In this document: one piece after another, positions 1 through 13,312 of the stretch
How the letters are laid out: each line of letters begins with the position of its first letter
How positions within the stretch are numbered: position 1 is the stretch's first letter
Source of the DNA: Ramazzottius varieornatus
Taxonomy: Eukaryota > Animalia > Tardigrada
DNA: 64,000 nt
Reading direction: 5' to 3'
Assembly: GCA_001949185.1 (NCBI GenBank)
Contig: BDGG01000009.1
Coordinates: 1,725,624 to 1,789,623, forward strand
Position numbers and translations under genes: made by a program
Notes under the pieces: model-generated
What the model saw: only the letters and a program-made list of their open reading frames with translations
Database searches by the model: none
What the model was told of the DNA's origin: nothing

Positions 1-754
1 CTTTTTAAATAATATTTTCTACCTTGATTTTTATCTGTAAAGCTGCACCACGAACTGTACTGATCTGTTGTTACTCAAGAATGAACGGAAGCGCAACTAT
101 CTTGTAAAGTTTTGTTACGGGTTTGCGGCCAGCCTTCCGTTAGATTCCGTTGATCAAACGTGTTCAAACGCGTCTTCACTCATGGCCGAGATGCTGTACT
201 GACTCATCGATTTATGAAAATACTGCCTACTTTGTGTGTACAAGCAGCCGCGCACCGTGATGTCATCGCGGCTTGTGGAGCCTGGGTTTGTATAACTTAA
301 AAGGCTGCAGCCACTCGTTCTGGTCGTCTCATTCTTTCAGTAGTCGGTACCACTTTCAGGAAAACATTCTGTGACGATTCTCAAACCGGGAATCTCGAAA
401 ACTTGCCGGAAGAGTAAGCGCGGACAGGAGTCCTCGTCCACGCTTCCGTTGAACGATAGAGCCGAGATACTTTCGACTTCGAGGGGCTCTCTCCATTTCC
501 GGGTTCAAAGGATAGCCAAAGTCGCAACTCGCAAGCTCCGTCCTGCCCAATTTACTTGGACCATTGATTGTCTGATTAGTTGACGAGACAGCGCGATTTG
601 GAGTTTCCTTTTCTCGACGCGCTTTTCCAGTTTTGTCTTGCCGTTTCACCTCCGACAAGACATCGCATCCAGACTGATCAAGTCCATTTTGTGCTGCCGT
701 CATAGTCTCGAAGAGGGATCTATTGGTCTGACATACAAATCCACGAGGGAAAAG

Positions 755-3700
755 ATGGCGTGGAATAAGGTATGGCCGGAACTTCGGAGTTTGTCTGGTC
801 TGCAATATGCTTTATGATCGTCTTTTGCTCGTAGGAAGCAACAGTTATCGTCTTTGATATTGGATCTCATATGGCCCAGCAGGCAGAAGGCAAAATGAGT
901 CACTTCGACATATCGAAACAATGTATATTGCGAATACTGCAGAACAAGGTATGGTATCCTTGTGGACGTGCCTTCTTGCTTAATTCTGCTTAATAGTGGT
1001 CTTCCCTCCATCGCAGTTGTTCACAGAGTCCAAGGATGAATTCGCCCTCGTGCTGTGCGGCGCAGAAAATACGGACAATCGCCTCAACGAGATGTCGGAC
1101 AGCGACTACATGTCGATCAAGACCGAAGCAGGTTTAAAGATGGTCGACTGGGAAATTCTGGACGCGCTCAGCAGTATTCAAGAACCGACCATGGTCAAGG
1201 ATGGCGACGGTAAGACACATGCAGCAGGACCATCTAGTAAAGAAAACTTTCCAGCAACATGCCCTTGCCTTTTCAGTTTTTGAAGCACTCAGAGTCGCTC
1301 TGGACGTCATCGAACAGGAAGAAGCCGCATCTAAGAAGTAATTTAGCTGTAATGGACAAGTTTTGTCTGCCCCTGCTGTAATTATTCCTTCGTATTCCTT
1401 AGGAAACGATTCGCTAAACGGAGAATTTTGCTCTTTTCCAACCTACGTGGAACTTCGAATGCTGTGAGAGATCAGATGTCGCGCTTCGTGCAGGATATGG
1501 AGAGCGCCAATATCAATATGATGCAGCTCATGTAAGGACTTTATCTCGTGATCCATCTAAACGTCTTATCGATTGTTGGTTCGTTATAGCGGGGTCGATT
1601 TGGAAGAAAAGAAAGACGAGCCACGTCACAACGGGCACGATAAGAAGGGCCAGACGAAGAAGCAGGGAAAGGCCGCTGTGGAGACCCTCCAGAAGGTGTA
1701 CGAGTCCTTGAAGTCCGTTGAAGACGTTGAGAGCTACTCCTTCGCTGACGCTTTGAAATATACAAACGCCTTCGCCGGACGTCAAGTACGCCCCACTCCT
1801 TGGAACGGCCTTTTGGAGATCGGTGAGACACTAAAAGTCCCAGTTGTCATGTTCTGCAGAGTAAGTAAGGACGTTATTACCAAGACTTCCGGTTGGTTCT
1901 GCAACGACGGAAATTACAGAACCTTCGCCTTAATACATTTCTGCTTCCTTTCAGATAAAGGAGGCAAAGCCCAAGCAGAGCTGGAAGAAGGCTTACGCCG
2001 CGGACCCCAGTATCGGTATTCAGCAGTCTACCCAGTTCTTCCGACAAGTGGGCTTGCAGAGAGAAGAAGTCGCTGCAGAAGAACTCGTTGAAGGTATGTT
2101 AATCCTTTTTGCCTCATTCAATGTCACTTTTCAAAAGTGGCGCACGCTTCCAGCTAATCTCACGGGCAAAGTGCGTTACTTGGGTGAACAATTTGGTCGA
2201 GTTTGCTTGCCGAGCTCCCCATTCTGGCTCAGTATCACCTTATTTGATCGAGATCGAATTTCCGTTTCTTCGTTGATAGCATATCGATATGGTGTCACGA
2301 CGGTACCGTTCTCTGAGGAGGACAAGAAGAACATGAAGTTCACTAACGTGGGCAAATGCATGAAGGCGCTGGGCTTCGCGCCGGCTTCTCAGGTGAAAGC
2401 TCATCTGTTCGTCGGAGATGACGTCAAGATCATGACGGCCGCTTTGGCCGACGAAGCAGCCGCTACTGCAGTGTCGGCCTTAGTCCATGCTCTCAAGGAA
2501 GACAACATGGTCATCATCTGTAAGTACGGCTATAACAGGATCAGCGCCCCAAAGATGGTCGCTCTCTCTCCCCACATTTGTCAACGCGCAGCGGGAAAAT
2601 ACGAGGTTCGTTCAAGCTTTTCAGCCTTCTTGATTACCGATCGGTTATGTTGTGTAGTCTTTATAGGGTTTCTACGTTCATTACTTGCCGTTCGAAGACG
2701 ATCTTCGCCTTTACACATTCGCACCTCTCGTCAATAACAAGCGCAAGATTCACTTGCAGCCTAACGAGGAACAATTGGAAGCTGTGGGAGACCTGATCGA
2801 CAAGCTAACGGTTAACGAGTAAGTGGACTTGCACATTTGTTTAACACTACCTCGTATGTGGGAAATCTGGAAATGAAATTGGCAAATCGTTTTCCCACGT
2901 CGGCATTTTCTCAGCCAGTAACAATGCGTACGTGCGTCACTTCAGATGTCGGCAACTGAAATTTGCTAGATCGTTTTCTGAAGTGACGCACGCTCTCGTC
3001 CAGTAATAGTTAGAATGTTCGCCACTTGAGATGCCAGTCTGGGTGGAATCACTTGGCGATGTGATGTATGATGATCCGTTTCTAGAGGAGACGACTACTT
3101 CGACGCCTTGAACCCGAAGAACATTCGCAATCCTTACCTGCAGCGCCTGTACCAATCCTTACAACACCGTGCCTTGAACGCCGACAAGCCACTTCCGCCC
3201 CTCGATGAAGGTCTTCTGACGCAGCTAACTATGCCTAAAGAGCTGGCGATGGCTTCAGCGGCGGAAGTGGATAGAATAAAGCTACTCTTCCCCCTCAAGA
3301 AGGTCGAAAAACCCAAGTTCAGAAGACAACACAACGGAGCCGCCGGTGATCAACAGTATGTGCATGAAGAATGGTTCCAGTCAGAGCATTAAAAGGGCCT
3401 TTTACAGGGAAGATGTCGATATGGCCACCATAGATGGAACCGACGGCGGGTCTGCCGCTCTGGGACAGATCAACAACTTTAAACCTACCGTCGTCACGGT
3501 GGGAACTATCGCACCGGTGGATGACTTCATGACACTCATTGAGGATGCCAGCGATACCAAGTTCGATGATGGTAAGGACACTTGTTGGCTTCTTGTGCAA
3601 AACAAGTGGCAAGTCGGCAAATGACCTGAACATCATCGTTTTTCTCAGTGGCGCACGTTTTCACTTTTATTGGCTGAGAACGTGCGCCACTTGGGGAAAA

Positions 3701-4353
3701 CGATGTCAGTGGATTCATTTGCCGACGTTCCAAATATCCTTTGATTTGTGGTTTATGTTTAGTATGTTTTCAGCTGTGAAGAAAGCGGCGGAAGTCGTGA
3801 ATGAAATCATTTTTGGCTTTGACGGTTCCTTGTACGCGGAGAAAGTGTTGAAATTGATCACGGTAGTACGACGTGAATGCGTGACGGTAAGCAGGCTTTG
3901 TCTTCCGAGTACGCAAGTACTTTTCGGTAGGAAATGATGATAGAGATTCATATCTTGCAGAAAAACCGAACATTCATGTTTAACATGTTCCTGAAAACCT
4001 TCAAAGCGGACTTGCAGAGTAAAGATCTGAAGGACGTGTGGGAGAAGCTGGTAGAAGGTGAGTCTTCCCAAGCGGAAGTGGCAGCTCCTTGAGCACTTCA
4101 TTGCCATGTATTTTTGTCTGCAGAAAAAGTCACGCTGATCGACAGCCAGGAGGCGTCGGAAAGTAACGTCTCGCGAAAGGAGGCAGAAGAGTTTCTCAAA
4201 GTGACGGCGGTGAAGAAGGCCTCTCCCAAGAAAGCCGCGGCCAAAAAGGACGAAGACGACATGGTACTTACTTCGTCTATAACCCATTCATTTCATCTTT
4301 GCCACTTTCAATACACAGTCTTGTCATTCACAGTTTTCGGAGATGTTTGCCTA
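755..4353 (+). CDS. XRCC5: Ku80 / XRCC5 (NHEJ DNA end-binding subunit), multi-exon
   Basis: Spliced reading MAWNK|EATVIVFDIGSHM (vWA start), SKDEFALVLCGAENTDNRL, AYRYGVTTVPFSEED, GFYVHYLPFEDDLR, LNPKNIRNPYLQRLYQSLQHRAL, VGTIAPVDDF, and Ku_PK_bind-like KVLKLITVVRRECV. GT-AG introns; stop TAA at 4351-4353. Confidence 0.93.
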
Positions 4354-4747
4354 AACCTCCACCTTCGCTTGACGTGCATGTTGGCATCTCGACCTTCAGC
4401 CTACATAACACCAACTACACTGCACTGCGCTTACGAGATTTTAGTACTACATCTTTTTTTGAATGAGCAGATGATGTTTCTGGTTTTACGCACGTTTTGT
4501 ATCGTCGAAAACACTTTCATGTTCTGTGAATTTCCTATGAAATTCTATCAACAAATGTTCAGTCTGTACCTTATCAAAGTGTCGCCAGAAAAACAGAAGA
4601 ATGTGCTAGACGACAAGAGCGATGTTATGACAATAAGTACATGTAAATGAGGAACCAAGCTTGTCGTTGAGTTCTCTGGTAATTCTCCATTCTCGCGTGA
4701 AAAGAATGGAAAAAACTTGGCGCAGGCCAGACTAACTTAAGGCAACT

Positions 4748-5595
4748 TCAGGCTGCGGACTTGTCCAGTCCGTAGTTAGCCTTGACTTTCTCCAACTGTT
4801 CGGCCTGCTTGTCGATGTCGAGTTTCTTGAAAGCCTTGTTGGTTTGGAAGTAGAGGACGACGAGGTAGCGGTTGCAGACGTTGAAGCCCGACAGGTGGTC
4901 ACATGCGTTCTTGGCGTCGAAGATGTCCTCGTAAACGACGAATGCTGTCCCTTTCGACTCCGCTGTGTTGCCTCTGTAACAGCAGGAAACTCACTGATAG
5001 AAGCACCTTAAAGCCAACCGAGCATTCCTCGGTCTTTTGCTAGGTGCAACTGATCAAAGTATGCAGTTTGCGCTTACACTCTTATCTGACGAATAGGTCC
5101 GTACTTTCCAAAGATGTCGTACATCTCTTCGGCTGTTATCTTGTAAGGAAGATTTCTGACGTACAGGATCCGGTTGACCTCCGGAGGCAAACGGACCTAG
5201 AAACGACACACGGAAGTTAGTACAGGTTAAGTCAGTTAACACAGGTGATAGTAGAAAAGACAACCACGATATAGGAACCACGATAAGAATACACAGCAAG
5301 GGTTATAACTAGCTAGTGGTTCTGACCACTGGGCAGGCCGAGCAAAGGAGGCAAAAGATTATAGGCCACACATTTCTACTGCGTTACGTTGCACTTGCGA
5401 GTAAAAATTTCTGTGACCCGGATCAAGTCACGCATTTGTTTTCAGTAGAGTTTGCGATATATGAAAGCTGGAAGAATCTGATCGTCTATTGAAATCTCGA
5501 CAGACTTAAAAGGGCTTCGCTTCGCTCGGCCTGATTATGTACTGTAGATAACATAGGCTAGCTGAGCTTACTTTGGCTTTCTGTAGCAGAGCCAT
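4748..5595 (-). CDS. SF3B6: Splicing factor 3B subunit 6 (p14), 3 exons
   Basis: MALLQKAK|[39 protein letters not shown]|[41 protein letters not shown] matches the highly conserved p14 RRM. Confidence 0.96.
5309..5534 (-). mobile_element. Non-autonomous Helitron/Helentron-like repeat, copy 1 (in SF3B6 intron 1)
   Basis: On the minus strand it starts A|TCAGGCCGAGC and ends with hairpin AGTGGTCAGAACCACT followed by AGCTAG|T. Subterminal inverted repeat AGGCCGAGC/GCTCGGCCT. A similar copy lies at 18346-18543. Confidence 0.72.
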
Positions 5596-6721
5596 CTTGA
5601 CTCTTTTTTCCTCTTATATCCACACTTTCGCAGCTTCCGAGGCTTCCTTCAGACAACCCGTATGTAAAAACAAGGGGGATCTTCGAGATATTCAATGTGG
5701 TGAATGCAAACTGATAACGCGTAAGCAATGTCAGTCAGGCTAGCATGGATCCACGAAAGATATAAAACTTCACTCCGATCTTCAGGCAGCAAAATGGCCC
5801 GAAGCTGGACAACACTAGTACTGTCAGACACTGCGGAAGATGCTGAGTTGATGAGGACGAAATGTCAGAACTCAGAACTTAGAAAACAAGAATATTCATT
5901 TCAGCAGCGATTGCCAGCCAAGACAAGAAAGGTCCCTGCTGCCCCGGGTCGGCCTGCGGGGCAGGACGAGCCCTATGGCCCCTACCCGTGATATACGAGG
6001 TAGACGGCATGGAGATTACAAGTCTCAATTTTGGCTTTCTCTGCGTCAAACTCATCTTTCTTGGTGTCTAAATTAAGAAACACTTGTTCCCGTTCTTCAC
6101 AAACCTTTAGAGGTACAAGCTGAGTTGACTGTACTATTGACCACTTTGGTCGAAATTTAAAATGTTTGGTGGAGTGGAGCGTGATCAGAACAATCAGCGA
6201 ATTGGACTTGGCGCGTCAAGTGATCTGAGCTACACGCCTCTCTCGCATTGCGCCACTTGACTTCCGCTCTCGTTCCTTCTCGAAATCCATCATGTTTTCG
6301 ACCGAACCAGCATTGAAGTTAAGAAGAGATAATTGTCTTCCCGAAACTATCGCCAGAAAAAGCGAAAGAAGTCCAGGCTTTATCCAGTAGAGGGCTAAAT
6401 GACAGGCCCCGCGAATCCCGATGCCCTGCTGAACTTGCGCGGCCTAATATCCCTTTATACTAATATGCTGTGCCGGAAGTGAGCAAACCGTGAAACGGCT
6501 TACTGTGTCATAGATACTGACACAGTAAGGGCTCACAAAGATAAGATTTGCTCGGTGGTGTAACTAACTTGATCATTTTGCTGGATCCGTCCTCTGTTTG
6601 ATTCAAGCAATCAAACGCTAGAGATAATCATGATACTTTGAACGGTCTACTTCAGACTGTAAAGCCCCCGAACGTGTAATTTTTCAAAATTCTGATTTCT
6701 AGATTTCTAGAAGATGTCCGT

Positions 6722-7297
6722 ATGTCGAGGGAAGCCTTTTCGGATCTCGTGAACCGCTTGTCAACACATCGCGTGTTTAGTAACGCATCATGGAATCCCC
6801 AACGTCCCATTGAACTGAAACTAATGGTAGCACTATTTCGTTTTGGGTGCTCAGGTAATGGTGCTGCTGTTGGTAAAGTGGCACGTCATTTCGGTGTATC
6901 AGTAGGGGATGTCGGGCTATATACCAACAGAGTTATTGTGGCGCTGCTCAGCATGGAGAAAGACGTAGTTTTCTGGCCGGATTCTGCAGACAAGAAGTCC
7001 ATAAAGAAACGGATTCTTGAACAGTCAGTATTTCCAAACTACTTGGGATTCGTGGATGGAATTCTTATTGCTTTCGCTAAAAAGCCCAACATGGAGGGTT
7101 CGGACTACTTCACTCAAAAGTCGAGGTATGGGATCAACACGCTAATTCTATGTGACGATCAGAAGCGGATCAGGTACTTGTTCGCAGAATTTTGTGGATC
7201 CGCGCGTGACAACCGCGTATTCAGCAGCTCCAGGCTGACGACCATCGGAAGATCGTTTACTAGATCCGGGCTTGCTGCATTCTGCACAATCTACTGA
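6722..7297 (+). pseudogene. HARBI1/DDE_Tnp_4-type transposase with internal deletion
   Basis: RMSREAFSDLV, LMVALFRFG, FGVSVG, YLGFVDGILI, KSRYGINTLILCD, GSARDNRVF. The sequence then jumps into an out-of-frame ACCILHN C-terminal motif, so the GDxxY...E segment is missing. Confidence 0.85.
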
Positions 7298-7587
7298 CGC
7301 AAGACTACCACAACCCTGAGTGGAATAATGATTTAGAAGAAGAGCAAGACTCGGGAGCAGAAGATCATCCAGCTACCCAAAGAGTTTTGAAGAGAGGGGA
7401 ATCAGAAGAGAGAGTTTCTTAGACAATTGCTACTAGAAGCTCATGGATACGTGGAATAAATGTTGTTGCGGATCTTTCTTCTCCGGCTGCTGTTTGATGC
7501 TCGCAATTTGAATCTGCAACAGGAGATTTGCGGACTGCGCTTCTGTTCGTCTGGCTTTGGCTTCTAGTCGTTGCACGCTCAGTGCTT

Positions 7588-8830
7588 CTATGCGTTCTGT
7601 GTGCTGATATTCAGCTGCCTTTTACAGTGCCAGCATTTTCCTGCGGGATATTTCGATCTTCTCGGCTTCCAAATCCAGCTTCCTGCTCTCGTAGCCATTA
7701 CCTCGTCGTAGCTGAGGAATTTCCTTCGTGTCGAAAAGGACTTCTTGTTTCCGCTAAGAGCCAATGGAACCTTCGGTTTGGTTTTCTTCCGCTTTCCACA
7801 GCCTGCGTCAGCCTTGGAATCACCATCTGATGACGAAGATGAATTTTGAGGGACTGTTACTGGTTTTTTGTTTGACGGCGAAGCTCCAGGTTGCGCTGCC
7901 GGTACTTCTCGTGCAACCGACGCTTCGGGGGACGTAGGTTGATCAGCAAACATATCGACTACCATAGAAGGTACGTCCAGATCGAGTAGGTTAGCTTCCA
8001 TTTCCTGTCCATTGCTCATTAGGAACTTCTCTGCATCTTCTGTTGCGTCCGTATTGTCTGCTACATATGGCGTAACCATCTTGAGACTGTCACGGAATAC
8101 AGGATGTAAGCGGCTCCGAAAGGGACAAGCTTTTTCCACCTTGTCTAGCAATAAAAGACAGTTAATTGGATGAAGGAGTGATGAAACTTGGAATACTAAA
8201 CGGCGTACCTCTGCTTGCAATTAAAAGTCCAACTTTCACCACTTCACAACCTATTGCGCTAAATCAGCAATCAACTATCCACAATATATTCCGGACTAAT
8301 CGCTTGATTGCTTGACAAGCCTGATCAGGCTTTTGGCAATAAAAAAGCCTGGTCAGCGAGTTAATTCGCTTGGACAACTTGAGACGGAACATACCTTTGA
8401 GCGTGATGATCTTCTGCTGGATATCGTGTTCTGTCTCACCTTCTACCGTTGTCGCGAAGAGGGCACGGGAATCTCGGTAAGAGCTCTCAAAGGACATGAG
8501 TTTGGACTTCACGGAATCTACGGACACGTTGTCAATCCCGTTCGCTTTCAAATAATCCATAATCGATGGTAGTACTGCCATAGTCGTGTCTTTACACGTC
8601 TTCTTCTGACCGGCAGCCGTCTTGGCCCCAGCGCAACGCCACTTAGCCCAGTTGCCTCGCTCTTCGATCCACTGCAAAAGGTAGTCCTGAGCGGCGGTGT
8701 TGGCCCATCGAAACTGTGGCCCACGAGGCTTGGGATTGCGCTTGCCGGTGGCTTCGACAAAAGGAGCACTCAGCCCCAGTTGTAACTGCGAACTTGCTGG
8801 TTTAGCCCGGATCGGCTGTAGCGGTGACAT
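7588..8830 (-). CDS. Harbinger-associated Myb/SANT-like DNA-binding protein (probably spliced and degenerate)
   Basis: FRWANTAAQDYLLQWIEE..NWAKWR..SVKSKLMSFESSYRDS, followed by KVEKACPFRSRLHPVFRD, a trihelix-like pattern. Lies inside the TIRs, opposite the transposase. Confidence 0.65.
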
Positions 8831-9466
8831 GCTTATTTGAGCATGAGGAAGAAAAGCCAGGACGGGATTGAAGAAGAGAAGACTTGGAGAAGGACTAGGT
8901 TACAGAAATAGCGTCGGTAAAGCGAAATAGAAACTGAAAATTTCGTCGGCTGGTGGGATTACGAGTCGCTCCGGAGTAGGTCGTAAATACACCGAAAGAA
9001 GAGAAGACTTGGAGGAGGACTAGAAGTTTTGGTGGAACGTATGGCCCAATCGTACGGTGCGGACGGAGCCAGTTCCACCAACGGTGTAATCCCACCAGCG
9101 GTGGAATTTATCTTTGTAAGCCCTTAGTATAAAACCATGAGATTTTATTCTATTCAGAGCCGAAACAGGACTTGCGAAACAGGTCTAATGTCCGTCACTT
9201 CCTGTACGATCAGAAAGCAAGCGTACGCGTCGTAGTGTTGAGACAGGCCCAGGTGGGCTCAGCCGCTTAGGTGGATGCAGTGGACGGATGATGGATTCGG
9301 CCGGCGTTATCGATTCTTCTTCCTCTTAAAGCGCTTACCAAACAGGCCTTCCTGGTGCTCAATGTGATCGATTTCTGTTCAGCGATGGCTATCAGACACA
9401 ACATAGTTTCTATGCCGAAAAAGACGGGCAGGCGAATTCGTATATTTTATCGGAAGTAAATTTTGT

Positions 9467-10793
9467 ATGGTTGCAAATTCTGCCTGCACGATGGGCTCCA
9501 GCCAAGTTGACATTGTCTTCTCTGCCGGAAAGGGAGAGCCCAGCATTCCTGATAAAGGATTGCGGACCTTGGCCAACAAACTACGTCAAACATGGTCAGT
9601 GGAAACGTCGCCGGACGTCTTCGAAAGCAACATGCTATCCCGCAGCAAGATGGTCATCTTCGCCGGCGTGACGGAAAAGTTCTTCACAGCCGAGCTGGCC
9701 ATACTGCAGCGCTTTGTCAGTGTCCAGAAAGGCTTTGTCGTTTTCCTTGTCGGTGCAGAAACAAGACCTGAAATGACTGCTAACCTTAACGTCTTCTTGG
9801 AAGAGTACGGCATGTCCATCAACTCCGAGGCAGTCATCAAGAGGTCCTTTAACCCCAAGTACCTCATACCGAAAGAAGCCTTGATCACTGATGCTTACCT
9901 CCAAAAGATGACCATCAACAATGACAAAGCCTCAGCAGAACAAGAGGCCATCCTCTTTCCCTTCGGTGCGACGCTGAAAGTGGGCAAGCCGGCCATCCCC
10001 TTGTTGACGACAGGAGCCAACTGTCTTCCTGCCCATAAAGCCATCTGTGCCTTGTACAGCACACCAACCAGCGGCCGTATCCTCCTCTTAACTTCGGCCC
10101 ATGTTTTCCACGATAACTTTATAGAGAAAGAGCAAAACCTGACGTTGGTTGAGCGTCTCTTTGGCTTAGTCTTTGCGGAGAACTTGCCGAGAGTGCTGCC
10201 GGACGAGGGCGACCTGCAAGAGTGGCAGCCCTATTTGGACATTGCCGAACTAGCCAACCGTGTTGCTCCCGTGGCCGATATTTCCTTTGAGCTGCCTTCC
10301 GACCTGCGGAAAGTCTATGATAGCTCCTTTGATATCAGCGATCTAGCCAAGATTGGTAAAGTGGTGCTGGCCTACCGGCAGCTTGGGCTGGCAAGAGAGC
10401 CGCTGTCCCTGGTTGCGCCCAACTTCCAAGGCCTGTATCCCAATCTACAGCTGGCTATTTATCCACCGCCATTCGCCGATGCGCCTCTGCCGCCGCTGGA
10501 CTTCTTTGACTTCAACGCAGAGTTCCTCTCTGAGCGAGAAAAGCTCAATCAGATTTTTAGCGACAGTAAGTGGCATATTGCTTCATAATAATGTCTTGCG
10601 GCCAAAGTGAAGGATTTGTCACTCTTCTCTTGCAGTGGCAGACCAAAAGGAGCTAAAGCAGTACATCAGCACCGTCTTTTCCGCCTTGGCCATGGAGATA
10701 CCTTCTGGTTGGAGCGCCAGGTCGCCCAAAGACATGCTGGAACTAATCACGAGAAACATCATGGCGCTGAAAAGCGAAAGCTGGCTTCAATAA
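9467..10793 (+). CDS. IFT52: Intraflagellar transport protein 52 (divergent)
   Basis: GIFT-domain motifs LNVFLEEYGMSINSEAV, KYLIPKEALI, ILFPFGATLKVGKPAIPLLTTG, FHDNFIEKEQN, and C-terminal LQLAIYPPPFADAPLPPLDFFDFNAEFLSERE. A short second exon ends TAA at 10791-10793. Confidence 0.88.
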
Positions 10794-11074
10794 ATCGGCA
10801 CAGCTCCCGCAAGCCGACTTCTTATGCCCAATTCTAAACTCTGAGCATATTACGCCCATGCTGCCTTCGCTTGTTCCATCTACACTATCAAGCAAACAAA
10901 AAGAGTACGTAACAAATGTATGAACAAAAATCCCTTTGTCAGATCGGTCGAGACGGCCAACCACCTTTCACTGGCTGAACACATGGAAAAGCAACAGCAC
11001 AAAGAGGGAGAGGGAAGACCTAAGACTTATATATGACGTTTGAGAAAGTAAAATGGTGAGAGATGAGGCAAGAT

Positions 11075-13312
11075 TCATTTCTGAGGGAAAGTAGCATGGA
11101 AAGAAGGCTCGAGAGACATGAGCTGGCCCAACAGGATGGATGGTTCTTGCTCCATCATTTCCGCAGACAATGTCACCAAGGAGCGCAGCAGCGAAGATGG
11201 CAGCAAGGCCATGACGGGCTTCTGCTGGGTGGCCAGACGGATGTTGTTGGCGCCCACCAACGGCGAGTGCTGCAGAAAGTGCCCTTGAGCTTTCTTGATC
11301 ATCTCAAGACAGCGCTTTGCAGCTGCATCCTCCTCCATCCTTGATGGTACTTGGCCCCACAGAACATGATCTAAGGAGGTCTTTGAGAAGTCACGGCCCA
11401 GTAGCGGATACAAGTCAACCAAGGACTGGGACTGTGCTCTGAATGGCCGATTCGTGACGGCAACGTCGACGTATCTCTCTTTGGAATATTTACCTATTTT
11501 AACTTCTTGGAAGGAATACTGAAGGTCTTTTAAGTTCTCATCGACGTACACGTTCTGTCTCAACCTCGACCATTTCAAGACTCGCCTTTCATTCAGCATC
11601 TTCTTCTCCATGGAGCGTAGCCTCATGGAAGTACTACAGTCTCTCATGATTGCCGAATGCTTGAACAAGAGTAAACGTCGATAGCTCAGATGCCATAACC
11701 ACTGGCCGATGTCCAACAACTCTTCCTCCTCGACCAGTTGCTGTAACTCGTATGTCCTTCTGGCGATCTTCCCTTCTGTTATACCGTCTAGGCCGAAAAG
11801 CATGCGCAGGACCAAAATGATCAAGCTCATGACGAAACCTTCTATGCCGTCACTTCGCTGAGCCGAGTCCTTCTGCTTTCGCATGGACACTCTTAGCTTT
11901 TCCATCCCTCGATCGAGCTTCCACGCTATCTCCACGATTATCGGTATCAAACTAAAAGGTAGATTCAGCTCTTCGACCAGTCTCTGGATTACCGGATAGA
12001 CAGGCACCGTACCAGCCTCTGCTGGGGGGATTCTTAGGAAACTGACCATGACGCTCATTTCCCACTCCACTTCGTGGTACTTGAGGCAGAAAGCGTCGTG
12101 GCTGTTGGCTAGTTGGTAGTAGGTTACCAGCTGGTCGTCGGGGATGAAGTCTGCCGGGTCGACGCAAGGTAACTGTAAGAGCCTGGTCCAGCGGAGGACG
12201 TCGCTCATCAGGATGGTCGACTCTTGGCAGAGGTGGAGGGCGATCATCAGCAGAGCGATGACTCGGTTCATTGTCAGGCGTCTGGCAGCCACCCTTGTCC
12301 ATATCACCGGAACCGACTTGGCGTGCTCGTCCGGTGACTTTAGCTCCCGTCTCTGCACTTTGCTCTGCCAAAAGAACGAACCACACATTGGTATGAGCTC
12401 TTTCTTCACGTACAAACACATCTGGCTATCGCAAAAGTCAAGTTTACATACGAGGTAAAGCTAGTGGACCTGTCCAGGAGAAATCGCATGGCGAAGTAGT
12501 CCACAAGGGAAACAGAGAGAGCAGGAGCTGCGCCTATTCTCTCTGTTTCCCTTNNNNNNNNNNNNNNNNNNNNNNNNNNNNNNNNNNNNNNNNNNNNNNN
12601 NNNACTTCGCCATGCGATTTCGCGTGGACAAGTCCGCTAGTTTTACCTCGTACTGTATTATCATCATGCAGAGACCATCATACATACAGGTCGACTTCCG
12701 GTTGGCTTCTTGACCGTCTTGAAGTGCCGAAGAGTGCGAGCCAGTTCCCGCCAACGGCAGTTGCTTAACGCGCAGACATCGGACTTTCGAAGAATGCGTA
12801 TCCAGCCATTACTGGCAGAAAGACAAGACGGAACTCCGTCACGAACATCCGGCAGAGCTTGGCAAAGAAAACTGAAGACGACCATTAAGGTACACTACTT
12901 GTCTTGTACGTCTACAGCCGGCAGCAGCACTGATCCTTGCTTACCTCATCCAGACATTCTTCGTGACGTCGCGCAGTTCGGGTCTTGCGCCCACGTTCTC
13001 GATCAGCCATTCCACTTGTGCGCGAAGGATAACATCGACCAGGACGAACAGCGTTTCCGGTTCGCCGTTTCTCGAGAAGAGTCCACCGTCGACAGTATGC
13101 TTTTGATCCGCCGTCGAGGACTTCAGTCCGCTTTTGCCTCCACCAGCTATCCGAAGAGCATTAGCTCGTGTTGAGAACGCCGCTTGTGCTGTGAAATCGG
13201 TTTCGGCTTCCGTCCGTAGAAGATCCTGACTTTGAGTGGAACAGATGAGGCAATAGTAGAAGCCAGCGCTCTCGTAGAACTGCTCGCCATCACACACCGC
13301 ACACTTCGGCAT
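11075..13312 (-). CDS. TAF1B: TATA-binding protein-associated factor RNA Pol I subunit B (TAF1B/Rrn7)
   Basis: N-terminal Zn ribbon MPKCAVCDGEQFYESAGFYYCLICSTQSQ, plus ILMSDVLRW and LRMLFGLDGITE motifs. An assembly gap lies in an intron. Confidence 0.82.
12447..12652. repeat. Foldback/MITE-like palindrome spanning an N gap in a TAF1B intron
   Basis: CTAGTGGACCTGTCCAGGAGAAATCGCATGGCGAAGT pairs with ACTTCGCCATGCGATTTCGCGTGGACAAGTCCGCTAG. Inner hairpin AAGGGAAACAGAGAGA...TCTCTCTGTTTCCCTT. Confidence 0.75.

Larger units (their letters stand above)
6529..9123. mobile_element. PIF/Harbinger DNA transposon (defective)
   Basis: TIRs GGGCTCACAAAGATAA (6529-) and TTATCTTTGTAAGCCC (-9123), flanked by TAA and TTA. 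It encloses a convergent transposase ORF and a Myb/SANT-like ORF, the standard two-gene Harbinger layout. Confidence 0.88.

Noticed and set aside
356-805. 149-aa minus-strand ORF upstream of Ku80
   Set aside because: No ATG-led coding signature or known motif; overlaps the likely Ku80 promoter and 5' UTR.
6206-6258. Possible 15th copy of the N25 palindrome (TTGCGCCACTT)
   Set aside because: Only one good arm; the putative partner is degenerate and about 31 nt away.
5649-6480. Short ORFs between SF3B6 and the Harbinger TIR
   Set aside because: No recognisable family or coherent splice structure; left unannotated.
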